Below the pieces are notes generated by a model, which had not been told where the DNA came from, searched no databases, and saw only the letters and a list, made by a program, of their open reading frames with translations. A program made the position numbers and the translations under genes. DNA of 62,958 nucleotides, counting the filler, from Dugesia japonica (taxonomy: Eukaryota): NCBI GenBank assembly GCA_001938525.1. It is 6 parts of 6 records of this genome, joined end to end, with 100 filler letters (N's around TTAATTAATTAA, not from the genome) between each part and the next. Parts side by side here need not be neighbours in the genome. Positions count along the whole stretch, not along the records: positions 10,997 to 21,537 come from MQRL01544052.1; positions 21,638 to 31,076 come from MQRL01609363.1; 4 more parts are not named here. One strand, given 5' to 3'. Every line of letters begins with the position of its first letter. Positions within the stretch are counted from its first letter, which is position 1. Shown one piece after another: positions 13,500-26,051 of the stretch.

Positions 13500-13815
13500 G
13501 ATGGAGCAGTCTTGATATTTAGCATGGTATTTATGCATGGTATGGTCAGTCTTGATATTTTGCATGGTATGGGCAGTCTCTATTTTTTACAAGGTATTTA
13601 TGTATAGTATGGGCAGTCTCTATAATATTACAAGATATCCGACAGTCTTGATATTTTGTATGACATTATAACAATATATCGGGCAGTCTTGATATTATTG
13701 TAGGATATTGGGTAGTCTTGATATTTTAAAGAGATTGAAGCATTATCAATTTTTTAAAAAATATTTTTGCTTTAGATGGAACAGTCTTGATATTTTGCAA
13801 GGGATGGGACAGTCT
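13500..13815. repeat. Degenerate ~27-bp tandem array (GGGCAGTCTTGATATTTTGCATGGTAT)
   Basis: CAGTCT(TGATATT) recurs about ten times between the Polinton terminus and the pPolB remnant. Confidence 0.8.
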
Positions 13816-14148
13816 AAAATTTATAGACATGTGATTTTCATTGTATGTATGTTCCATATGAGTTGCATTTGAGTTGCATTTGAGTTGCATACCAATTGAA
13901 TTTATTAAAAATTTATTTTAAAAAATCAATAAAAAATCAAAATGACGGCTATGTTGAGTTTTAAAATTTTTTTGGTGGGAAATGTATTAAAATATCTCAA
14001 ACGCATGATTATAAGTGTATGTGTGTTGCATTCTCATAGCATCTAAGTTGCACAAATATTGCATTTATTAATAAAAATTCCCAGGAATGCAATTTTCAGT
14101 GTATATGTGTTGTATTCTCGTGGCATCTGAGTTGCATATATATCCATA

Positions 14149-14293
14149 ATATCCATTAAAAAAATCAAAGAGGGAAGTCTTCGCAATATTTTCATGATAA
14201 AATATATCTATCAAAAAAGAAGATTTTTGATATATATGTTTTATCATGTAGATTTCACAAATTCTCGCCTCTTTGAAGTTTTTTAATGGATAT
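14149..14293. repeat. ~145-bp imperfect palindrome
   Basis: Left arm ATATCCATTAAAAAAATCAAAGAGG...CATGATAAAATATATCTATCAAAAA pairs with right arm TTTTTGATATATATGTTTTATCATG...CCTCTTTGAAGTTTTTTAATGGATAT. Confidence 0.8.
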
Positions 14294-14349
14294 ATTTTAA
14301 CATGTAAATATCACAAAGACTCCCCTCTTTGAATTTTTTTGATATAAAA

Positions 14350-15720
14350 TATGTGTTTTTGTTACTAACAACATGGTGTTTATTTACAAAGGTTAGTCTG
14401 TCTTGTATACCCTATTCAAAAAAGGTATATATATCATTATAAGTCAACAATTCGATTGGCTCATTTAATGAAATCAATGCAGATGCCAACTCATACCCGG
14501 GATGCCGCGGAATGATAATGACTCCAAATTATTGTGTGCCAATGATTTATTTCTAAACTCATGAAAGAATTCGGCTTACAAAAACCAATCTAGTTTCAAA
14601 TATACTAGCATATAATCCAATAGATAGTTGTACCCTTTTATAGTCTACATTTTCACAGCCTTTTGATAATCTTGCTTACTAATTTCCTCCCATCTTGGTG
14701 GTATTGCTGTTGTTTGAACAACAACTTGCAAACTGATTGCATAATTATAAGAAAATATCCCCTTTGACATTGTTATTCTCCAATCTCTAAATTCATTTGT
14801 TGTGTCTTTTAAGGATTTAACTGCTGCATTCCATGAAAAGTTTATAAATTGGTACGAGTAAATAAATCTGATTCTAATTTCCAATATCCAATGAGGCATA
14901 TGATTTTTTTCTGATGTTTTTGGTATACATGATATGATCCAATGCGGAAATTTATTTAATCTATACTTTAATATGTGGTGAAGATCATATCCTATCAAAT
15001 TTTGGAAGACTGCTGGTAATTGATAGTTGATTCTTCTGCTTAAATTGTATTTATTACAGGCCACTCCTACATACTTGCCTGTAAAATGATCATGATCCTG
15101 AACTGGATTACTTAAAGGATTTTTACACAAATTACATATTGTACTATGTTTAAATTTCATTTCTTGATCCGGGTTTATAATTGGTTTTCTTTTCCTTCTT
15201 TGGGTATACTATATTATTGCCGATTTCCTTCACTGCCTTTATGAAGTCATATACGCATTCATTTACAATTAACTGACTGTATTTCACTTCATGAGTAAAA
15301 TTATTTGGCAACAACAGCTTGGTAATACTGATTCAAAACCAGCATAAATAACAAAGGGTGGAGTTATAGTTTTTGAGCAATCTTGAAATTCTAAATTCCT
15401 TTCTGTTGGCATCTTGTATAATGTGGTTACCGTCTGAATTTTCTCAAAAATTGGTTTATGAGTATTGTAAGCCGTATTATCCCTGAATCCGCTATTACAA
15501 TTTTCACACCAAATTGATCGAATTTGAACACCATCCTTGTGAATAATTCTGTCCATCAATCTATTCAAATTCATTACTGAAGTGTAATGAAATTTGTTGG
15601 CATCTTCCAATAACAATAATTTGATCTTTTCTCACGTGTAGACCGATGTATAATATCTAAATTTGGATGCTTCATGATAACATCATCATCGTCCTCAACT
15701 GATTGAGATTTACATGAGAA
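14350..15720 (-). pseudogene. Polinton protein-primed DNA polymerase B remnant (copy 1, truncated before motif A)
   Basis: HYTSVMNLNRL, WCENCNSGF, PFVIYAGFES (ExoI), CNLC...VQDHDHFTGKYVGVACNKYNL (HNH/EndoVII-like insert), FQNLIGYDLH (ExoII), KGIFSYNY, then LTFVNKHHV. Many stops and frameshifts. Confidence 0.85.
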
Positions 15721-16036
15721 AACATTAATTAATAAGACTTATAGACCTACATGATGGACATATGTAATTTGTTTTCTCATATAAACACTGACCATAATAC
15801 TTTTCCGTAGTACTATGGCAGTCACCTTTATAAGTCTGATTTACACAATATAGTTTGTACATTGTACAACATTCTGGAAAAATTATATTTATTACCTTTT
15901 ATAAAATTATTAAAATTTCATTTAAAAATTAACATAAAATAAATTATAAAATAAATAAAAACAAACTTTTATCATGAATAGAAGCAGTAAAAAAGGAGCA
16001 TCAACAACAGAAGCATCGTCATTCTAAAATAATAAA

Positions 16037-18236
16037 AGTAAAGGGATAGGTCCGCACTGTCGTAATACCCCTGTCCTCCTCCCCTCCCCCTCCCGTTTTT
16101 TTGCGGCTTCAATTTGATTAGCTGCACATATGTTTCCAAAGATTTGATTGAGCAGATTTTTTTATGATGATTACGTAATTGCAGCAGTAATACTGCAATG
16201 TGATTGGTTGAAATTTAGTCGGTATGTTGATGACGTCATAAATGCAATGATTTAATAGTTATGTAATAATCACACAATAATAATTTTTTTAATTAATGGG
16301 GTGTTTTTGTTTAAATGAAGTGAAATTATTGACCATTTTTTTATAGTTTAAATTAAGTAAAATTAATTATATTTTGTTTAAATTAAACAAAATTTATCAA
16401 ATATGATTTTTTCCCAGACAATATTATCATTAAATTTCACTGAGCAACAATAACATTAAATATTCCCAGGGCAATATTATCATTAATATTTTTTATTATA
16501 TATATTTTATATTTTGCATATTTTAGAATTTTGTGTGATGAAATGTAATCTTAAAGAGTTGACTTAGAAATTTCAATGTGATGGATTATACGTTTAACTG
16601 GTTGGTTTGAAATTTTATCTGATGATTTAGAGATTTTGTTATCTTCTATGTAATCTGTGAATATTATTGAATAATTCTGTGTAATTTATGATGCTTTTTA
16701 ATAGAAATATACAATGTTTGAAATGTTTTATTGACTTATATGTATTTTTAAATAGTTTTAATGACTTCTATATAACTTTAGCACAATGAATTATAATTTG
16801 TATGTGCTGACTTAGAATTTTGTGTAATGAAATATAACTTTAATGTAATGGATTACAGTTTTATACCATTGATTTGAATTTATTTTACCACACACAATAA
16901 CTCATAAAACTTTTACACCAACACATTATTTCTAGTTTGTCACATAAAATTTCTTAGTCAACACATAAAAGTTTAAATCAAAAAATTTAAACTTCTAATC
17001 TGTCACACTAAAATGTAGTTCATCACATTGAAATTTCTAAGTCAACGCTTTAAAACTTTAATCCGTCTCTCAAAAGTCTAATTTAACCCATAAAAAATTA
17101 ACACTCAACAAATAAAGTTTCTAAGCCAACACATAGAAATTATATTCCATCACACTAAAATTATAATCCAGCACATTGAAATTTCTAAGTCTTTGCTTTA
17201 AAACTAAAATCCGTACACTAAAATTAGATTCCGTCACATAAAATATATAAACCAACACATCAAAATATAATCCAACTCACAAAAGTCTAATCCGACCCAT
17301 ATAAATAAACGCTCAACAAGTAAAAATCTAAGTTTTAACGCATTAAAGTTTTATGTCAAGACATAAAAATTATAATCCATCGCACCAAAACTAATCCATT
17401 ACATTAAAATTATAATTCATTCACGAAATTCCAAGTCAACACATAAAAAAGTATATACTTCACGCACTAAAATACTTTTCTCACACAAAACCTCTAAGTC
17501 AACACATAATTTCTAGTTACTTAAAATTTCTTAGTCAACACATAATAATTATAACCAACAAGTTAAATACTAATGTCACACTAAAAATACAGTTCATCAC
17601 ATTAAAATTTCTAAGTCAACGTTTAAAAATTATAACCCAACTCACAAAGGTCTAATTCAACGCATAAAACTGAACAAGTAAAATTCTTAGTCAACACATA
17701 CAATTTCTAACCCAACATATAAAAATCATACTTTATCACACTAAAATTACAATCAATCACACTGAATGTTAGCATATTACACTAAAGTTTTCATCCTATC
17801 TCACAGAATTCCATTCAATCACATAAAAACGTTAAGTAGACACATTACATTTCTAAAACAATACATAAAAATTATAAATCTTTCTGTTAAAGTTATATAG
17901 AAGTCATTAAAACTATTTAAAAATACAAATAAATCAATAAAACATTTCAAACATAGCATATTTCTATTAAAAAGCATAATATATTACACAGAAGTATTCA
18001 ATAATAGTCACAGATTTCATAGAAGAAAATGAAATCTCTAAAAAAATCTCTAACAGCTTGAAATTGATATGAATCAAAGTTCAGCAGCTTATAATTATTA
18101 TGAATCAAAATTTATCTGTTTAAATTTAATATGAATCAAATTTTATCAGCTCAAAATTAATACAAATCAAAATTACAGTTTAAAATTAATATAAATTAAA
18201 ATGCTAAATTGATCAGTTCAGACCTATCCCTCTACT
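16037..18236. mobile_element. Complete 2.2-kb non-autonomous Polinton-type element
   Basis: 16-bp TIRs AGTAAAGGGATAGGTC / GACCTATCCCTCTACT (1 mismatch). Flanking 6-bp duplication AATAAA (16031-16036 and 18237-18242). Interior of degenerate ~21-bp units (AAATTTCTAAGTCAACACAT) with an internal inversion (16625-16780 vs 17887-18042). No ORF. Confidence 0.8.
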
Positions 18237-18496
18237 AATAAATTTACTTTAATTAAACTCTTTCTCTTGATTCCCCTTCCTTCTTGATTTAAAGTATTAT
18301 AATTCTAAAATAAAATTAATAATCAATAAATAATAAAAATAAATTTATATTTTTCATCATTAAAATTGTCGAATTCATATTTTTATTATCGTTTAAATTG
18401 TTCATAACCGGAAAGCGTATAATTAATAATAATGAAAATAGTTTACCGTTTCTTTGCTCAACATTTTTCTCAATATGCTTTTATTATTTTTCATAA

Positions 18497-18531
<35 letters not shown>

Positions 18532-19019
18532 AAAGAGATATAAAATAACAAACTTACTAATAAGTAATTATCAATTTTAAAAATAGTTGTAATAAAATTG
18601 TGAAAATTTTTAATAAGTATCTGCTTTTATAATGTTCTGTGTCAAAAGAATTTTTCTATTCCTTTTCTGTTATGTATAATAATTTTTTTCTATCCCCTTT
18701 GTAAGTGTGTATCAAAAAATTTAATACATCAACGTAACACATTTTAAAATACCAAAACGTATTATATTTAGTTGTGACAAGAAATAATTTTTTGATAAAA
18801 TAATTTTAAATCACTGCATTGTAGTATATTGTTGCATTTACAAAGTTATTAGTCATGAAAATAACAAGGACGTGTTTTTGATTATAACAAAGGTTATGTT
18901 ACTGCTTTTTATTTTTATGATTTAACAAAGATTAATCAACTATTATTAAATTAAATAAAATCAAACAAATATTTTTACATAATACATTTATTTACATACA
19001 AGATATACATTTTCAACTG

Positions 19020-19270
19020 CAATGTTGATTATATTCCACATCATGTCAATTTTCAGTTAGAATGTTAATTTTTAAGCAACAATACACAATGTTGACCGCA
19101 GGTTGTTGTAAACGGATTTTGTTATATTCAATTGGCTTTGATATTTTTAAGATATGTGAGTCCAATATATGCGGATAATAAAATTCAAGCGGATCAAAAC
19201 CTGAAATAACAAATATTAATAAATAATAAGATATTTCAGTTGATCCATAAAATCTAATTGTAAATTATTC
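19020..19270 (-). pseudogene. Adenain-like cysteine protease remnant (Polinton PRO)
   Basis: EYNKIRLQ followed, after a frameshift, by TTCGQHCVLLL (19086-19100 = CGQHC). Same strand as, and close to, the ATPase. Catalytic His motif not seen. Confidence 0.6.
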
Positions 19271-19589
19271 CATGTCATCTCATTCGTTTGTTTATACCTG
19301 TTGCCTTGAATTTGTTACGCTTTTTTATTATTTTTTTGCGGTTGATTTGTTATTATATTACTTATCCCCGATGTAATTCTATTTGATATACTGGATGGTA
19401 ACATGTTTGCTACTTTTGGAATCATTTTAGTTACTACATGAAGTAACGAAAACTCTACATCACCAAGTTCTCCCAATGCATTAGATTTCAATGTTGGTAA
19501 TATTTTTTTTATTATTGGTTATAATCTCTTAATGTACAATTAAATCTTTTCTTCAAAATTAAGTAATGATTGTAAACCAACCATTTTTT

Positions 19590-20050
19590 ATTTGAAATGA
19601 GTTAATCCTAGTGCTACTAATGTAATTGGAAGTAATGCTGCTATGTTTTTTCAATATTTCCTTTCTAGCACTGCTCACATTTACATTTCCACGAACAATA
19701 TTTATAATAATTGTCATTAAATCATCCATTACAAACGTTGGAAATTATTTCAAAATGTGCATTCTGATTGATTTTGAATATTGAATTAATGATGTAAAAA
19801 TGGCATACTTCGTTGTATTTCATTTTATATTTTAATAATACTTACTCGTATTGCTTTATAATGATGTCAATTTTCTGTTTACGTTTGATATTTTCTTACC
19901 ATACTGTTTCGATAGTTTCTTTAAAATGTTTAACTGCTTCCTCTTTTTACCCTTTTTCTTTTTTATATTACGATTTTTTGTTCGTTTTCCTTTTTTCATT
20001 TTAGGAATACTTTTGATCTGACTAACTACAATTTTCTTAAATTTTGTCAT
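19590..20050 (-). pseudogene. Small basic Polinton virion/core-like ORF remnant downstream of the ATPase
   Basis: Lys-rich N-terminus (ORF 19856-20050), then NIVRGNV and a terminal amphipathic AALLPITLVALG. Resembles the small NxLxGNV...ALLxPIL protein that follows the ATPase in many Polintons (recalled, not searched). Confidence 0.4.
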
Positions 20051-20065
20051 TTTAAAATATAATAA

Positions 20066-20700
20066 TTACTTAGTTTGTTTGTACACAGTACCACCATCAT
20101 GATTGAACATATCGGTTCTCACCCTCAGTTTGTCTGGAAATTGTTGTGTAAAGTCGAGAAAAATATAACCATGTGGATTTATTGTTGCATCTTCAAATTA
20201 TTCAATAAGAAATTGCCTATTATTAGGATATGCCTGTCTTGCTAGAAAATCAACAGCTATTTCATCTCTTGGATAATGTATAATGTATAAAAAAGGTATA
20301 ATAGAACCAAGTATTATACATTTAAATTACGTGTCCTTTGACTTTTGCCTTGATGGAATAAATTTTAAGTAATGAATATAACAGTTACATTACAATTTCT
20401 GGATACGTTTGTAAATAAATTAATAAAATTTTTTTCTTTCTTTGCAACCTGATAGAGATCATATACTATGATAACATCGCCCAGTTTCAATCTCTTACTC
20501 AAATCCCTTTATAACGTTTATTTTAATGTTGCAAAATTCTGATAACGTCAACCAATATTTTTCATCTGCACCTCTGTGCCAATATATTTTGCTAAAGTTT
20601 GATTAAAATAAATTTGATTTTAGTAACTTGCATACGAAAGTTGTTTTACAGCTTCCGCTTGGACCAAAAATTCGATAAACAGCATCATTTTTCAACTCAC
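20066..20700 (-). pseudogene. A32-like DNA packaging ATPase of a Polinton
   Basis: Walker A-like IFGPSGSCKTTFVCKLL, Walker B-like DVIIVYDL, LFTNVSRNCNVTVIFIT*NLFHQG..RTRNLN, PRD..VDFLARQAYP...EDAT.NPHGYIFLDF.Q..PDKLRVRTD. Several stops and frameshifts. Confidence 0.85.
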
Positions 20701-21035
20701 TTTTATATAAATATATAATTTAATACATTTTTTATAATTTGACTGTTCTTTGTTTATATAAATCTCTTAATTTTGTGAGTAATACGTATGCAATACAGTT
20801 GCAAGTTTAACAAAGAAAGTGCAACACAAACACAAGTAAAACAAAGAAAAAAGATTCACAAATTTTCTTAGAAAAATGTTGTATGAAAAAAAATTTAGAA
20901 AAGAAAAATTTTAAAAAAAAGAAAATAAAAATTTTAAAACAAAAAAAATTTAAAAAAACAAATCGAAATTAAAAAAGCAAATAAAAAATAAATAAATTTT
21001 AAAAAAAATTTATTCCAGAGGGATCTTTAAAAAGG

Positions 21036-21137
21036 ATGAGTCATGATTTTAAAAACCGATGAGTTATTGTCTTTGTCTAGTCACTGATGAGTCATCATGA
21101 AGAGTCATTGTCTTTGTTCCAGTCATCGATGAGTCAT
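21036..21137. promoter_or_regulatory. Cluster of AP-1/TRE-type motifs upstream of the ATPase
   Basis: Three perfect ATGAGTCAT (21036, 21087, 21129) plus variants TGAGTTA and AGAGTCA within ~100 nt. Confidence 0.5.
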
Positions 21138-21486
21138 TGCATTTTTTCTAAAAGTTATTTATCTAAGGGTGTGCTGTCATGCTGACATGTCTCATTACTT
21201 TGAACTTAAATCGCGATTTTCACAAGGAAGAAATTATTTTACGCTACAGGTTCATAAGGACAGTCCTATCTTACTTTAAAATTTCTTATCTTATAATAAA
21301 AAAATGGAAAAAAATTGGCACATTAAAACAAACAAAAAGTATTATTATTAAGTCTGCGCGAGGAATTCAAATAATAAGTCTGCTAGATGATAGTTGCCAA
21401 ATGAATAACCTTGACCTACCTTTACTTAACCTTAGCCTACATTCATTCGATCTTGACATATTAAACCAATAATAATTAAGTATACT

Positions 21487-21537
21487 AGTAGATAGATAGT
21501 GGCGGATAAGAACAGCACACATGAAGAGCCCCCCCCC
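21487..21537 (+). mobile_element. Polinton-type left terminus running into the linker
   Basis: AGTAGATAGATAGTGGCGGATAAGAACAGCACACAT...CCCC, closely matching 4549-4600. Confidence 0.65.
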
Positions 21538-22089
21538 NNNNNNNNNNNNNNNNNNNNNNNNNNNNNNNNNNNNNNNNNNNNTTAATTAATTAANNNNNNN
21601 NNNNNNNNNNNNNNNNNNNNNNNNNNNNNNNNNNNNNATGATATTTAATTTAGATTTGACTGTCAATTTTTTCGGCTAAAATAATTGCTGTCGGATTTAG
21701 TTCTGCTGTATGCTTTGGCTAGGGAATAAGGTCAAGATCAGCTACTAAAATTTATTAGGGACAAAACATGCTGACAAGCTTCATGAAAAATTTGGTTTAA
21801 ATAAAGTTGGTAATAACTTGTCTATTAATAGGAATATTTAACACGGTAACTATGTCAATATCGACCTTTCTTGATGATAACACACGGATAATTTGGTTTG
21901 TGTTTTGTAACAGCAATACGAGTGTGTTTACGTGGAGTTAATATGACTTTTTCTTGAACTTTAAATAGACTAATTGTATTGAAGAGAATCATGTAAAAAT
22001 AAAGATTTCTTTTAAATAACAACATCACAATTAATTTGACCAATTTCTTTTATAAATTGAATTCTTAAAATTACTCCATGCAACTTTTA

Positions 22090-24135
22090 TAAAATATACA
22101 CTCAAACGGGCATAATCTAAATGAACATGACCTATTTATAGTAATAATTTTCTGTAAATGAAAATACTTATTTTATAAAAATAGCATTAATAGAATTTTA
22201 TTTGTTGAAATTTTTTCTAAAATAATACATTTATTTATTTATTTAAACTATCATTTTCATGAAATAGACATATTTTTATTTAAATCTATTAATAACTTTT
22301 ATTAAAATAACAGTATCCTTACTCAGTTATTATCGTGATGGGTTCTGCAATGGGTTGATTTCCGAGATAACAGTAAGGTTCCGACTTGGTTTGAGGCTTT
22401 AAATAAACTTTGTGGGCTATGGAAATAATTTTCTTCTGAATGGTATTAATGATTTTTAATTAATTGGTTAACAGTGATTTCGACCTTACTAATATAACTT
22501 CTTTAATTTGGTTATTTGATCCTGTTAGNAACACGTTCTGGTTGTGGTTTCCGTTGGGTAAATTACTTCTGATGGTTAATAGATATTATTAACCATCAGA
22601 AGTAATTCAGAAGTTGATTTAAAAATTGTCCGTTATTAGGTTGACTTAAAAATTCTGTTTTTTGTTGTATATCTTTATCTAAACTCGGGGCTCCTTTTAT
22701 ACGATTTCTGAGGCACCCCAACTTGTTCCAGATTTGCTGATATTTTTAGATCAGCTTTTTTCTACNNNNNNNNNNNNNNNNNNNNNNNNNNNNNNNNNNN
22801 NNNNNNNNNNNNNNNTAAAATATACACTCAAATGGGCATAATCTAAATGAACATGGCCTATTTATAGTAACAGTTTTCTGTAAATGAAAATACTTATTTA
22901 ATAAAAATAGAATTTTATTTGTTGAAATTTTTCCTACAATAATACATTTATTTATTTATTTAAACTATTATTTTTATGAAATAAACCTATTTTCATTTAA
23001 ATCTATTAATAGCGACTTTTATTAAAATAACATAACTAAAATAACAGTATCCTTACTCAGTTATTATCGTGATGGGTTCTGCAATGGGTTNNNNNNNNNN
23101 NNNNNNNNNNNNNNNNNNNNNNNNNNNNNNNNNNNNNNNNNNNNNNNNNNNNNNNNNNNNNNNNATTTCTTCTGAATGCTATTAATGATTTTTGATTAAT
23201 TGGTTAACAGTGATTTCGACCTTACTAATATACTTCTTTAATTTCGTTATTCGATCCTGTTAGAAACACGTTCTGGTTGTGATTTTCGTTGGGTAAATTA
23301 CTCCTGATGGTTAATAATATCGTTGATTTAAAAATTGTCCGTTATTAGGTTGACTTAAAAATTCTGTTTTTTGTTGTGAATATTTATCTAAACTCGGGGT
23401 TCCTTTTATACGATTTCCAGATTTGCTGATATTTTTGGATCAGCTTTTTTCTACTTCTATTGGTTCTGGTGCTAATTTTCTAAATTTTTCTATGACTTTT
23501 GGTGCTGCCATTGGTGGTTATTTTTATTATGACACCTGACCATGGTGGCTTTGTTCTATTTTTATTTTCAGGATTTTCATTGGCCCGATCTTCAGCACCC
23601 TGCAGAATCCTTCGGAATGATGGTAAGTTCTTCTCCTTTAGCTTTTTTGATGCGTCTTTTTATTTTCTTTCCATTTTTTCTTGTCCGGTTTCTTTCTGAC
23701 TCCTTTGAACGAAGTTATCTGGATAAAACAGATTTTCGACTAATTTCGCTTCTTTTGTTTTTAAAATTAATTAATTNNNNNNNNNNNNNNNNNNNNNNNN
23801 NNNNNNNNNNNNNNNNNNNNNNNNNNCAGATTTTCGACTAATTTCGCTTCTTTTGTTTTTAAAATTAATTAATTTTCTTTGGCTAATTAATTATTTTCCA
23901 AAATGCTTTTCTTTGTTGTTTATTATTAATTAGTTAATTTTTCTTTAATTTATAAATGTAAATTGCTTCTATGTTAACCTGTTCTTCATATTCATCTGGG
24001 ATTTTAATTCGTTCTCTTTTACGGATGATTACATGTTTTGTTTTCCATTATTGTTGACTTTGGGGTCCTGTCATTCTCTTTTGGTTGATTTATTTTTCAC
24101 CCTTAATCTTGTTTAGCGGGTGTTTCACCCCAACA
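22090..24135 (-). mobile_element. LTR-like element of the TGTTGGGGT family (partly duplicated across gaps)
   Basis: Ends CACCCCAACA followed by AATT. The minus strand has CCAAT and TATAAAA motifs positioned like those in 33307-34889. 22090-22766 repeats at 22816-23455. Confidence 0.5.
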
Positions 24136-24730
24136 AATTTATTATTCTATTTATTATTCTATTTAAATTTAAAAAATCTAGATCCAAACTTCAGATATTT
24201 ACAAATANTTATTTTTGTTATTCCAATACACTGTGGTGCACTGTAACAAAGACTTTTTAAAATTAAATTTAAATCGAAGAGTTATTAAAGATTTAAAATT
24301 TTAAAGTTCAAATACCACCCACAGCCTCTAATGTTTATGACCAGGACTTAAATTTGATATTATCGGGTAGGTAATTGAAAACTACCTATACAATCTTAAA
24401 ATGATTAGTATGGTAAAATGCATACTTTACGAGAAAATTCATTTTAAAATGTTTGTTTTGTAGCTATTAAACTTTTATAAACTTAATAATGTTTTGATAA
24501 AACCATGCGCATGTATGTGTGTGCTCGCTGTGTGTTCTTTTATTTTTTCTTTCCTTTTTAGATTTCCATATTCAATTCATCTATTAAACTTTTAAGTAAA
24601 ATTTTATGTATATAAATTTATTTTTCTTATATTATAAGGATCCAATCAAAATCTAGAAATTTATTATCAGTTAAGAAAAATTGTCACAATTCATTTGTTT
24701 AACATTTTTTTTAATATATATATATTAATA

Positions 24731-26051
24731 TAGTCCGTTTCAAAAGTCTGTTCGCACCTATGTAAATTACAAATTATTTTGTATAATTACAAAAATTACA
24801 GAAAAGTCGTTTGAAAAGCCAATGGGAAAGAAAGAATCATTATATTTACAAACGATAGTAAGTTTATTAATATTTTATTTGTTATCCTTTCATCTTAAGA
24901 ACACTCTTCGTGGCATGGAATCAACGAGTCTGTGACATAAGAAAGTGGGTATATTATACCATATCTTTTGTAACTCCGCCCACATTTCATCATCAATAAG
25001 AGGTCTTAAAGCATTCATTTTGATCTTTATGAAATGCCACAAATTTTCAATCGGATTGACATCAGTAGTATTCGCAGGCCAATTTAATATATCAATTTAA
25101 CGTTCACTAAGAAAAGATAATATTGATGCAAATCGATAGCAAGGAGCATTGTCATGCTGCAATATGAACCCTTTGCAGAGGGAAGACCAAACCCTTGCCA
25201 ACTAGGTCAATGTAATTGACAATCTTGTTTTGATAGGTTGCAGAATTCAACGTACACTGTATTTGTTTCTAAATTCCTACACCAAATCCTGAAAAGATCC
25301 CCAAACATGAATTTGCACACCATATTGAATAACCTTAGTACAAATAGGACTTAATCTTACATGTTAAAACCGCCTAATTCTTTGGGAGCGACTATGAATA
25401 CATGTGCAAAACATTGATTCATCACTGAAGACAACATATGCCCATTTATCAACATCCCATTGCTGTTTAGATATTTCCATTGCAATATTCTTTCCCTTTG
25501 CTTATCATTGACCAACGCCTTGCTAACAGCCGGATGACTTTTTAATCCGAACTTATTGAGAATGCGGTGAACTGTGCATCTGGACACATGTTGAATACTA
25601 TCCATGTTACAAATACGTGCTATTTCCGTTAGCGACATGATTCTATTTTTCAGGCATACGCGTCGCATAAATCTGTGTGACCGTATTGATATTATTTTGA
25701 TCTTCCACTGCGTTTCCGATCCACATACATTCCTTCGGTCTCATATTTATGGAAATAATTTGAATGACACGCTTTGACACATCATTATTATTTGCTTTAT
25801 TAAGCAAGAACTATACCCTTCCATCATCAATTCCACAATTATTATTTTGTGCTTCATCAGGACGTTTCGATTATTCATTATATCTAAAATGTGTCATATA
25901 ATATTAAATACATTTAATTTAACTTGATAACATTTTTAAAAATATTATTTACTATATTTTGCAATTAACATTACTTAAACAAATTGAAAAAACAAAAATC
26001 GTTTCGACTTATAAATTTACATGGGTGCGAACAGACTTTTTAAATGAACTG
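24731..26051 (-). mobile_element. Full-length decayed Tc1-type (DD34E-like) transposon
   Basis: ~38-bp TIRs (.AGT.C.TTT.AAAAGTCTGTTCGCACC.ATGTAAATT), TA on both sides. Transposase motifs VSRCTVHRIL, VVFSDES, VWG, LQHDNAP, NPIENLW, LVDSMPRR, with stops and frameshifts. Confidence 0.92.

Noticed and set aside
18502-18529. (AT)n and nearby simple repeats
   Set aside because: Ordinary microsatellites.
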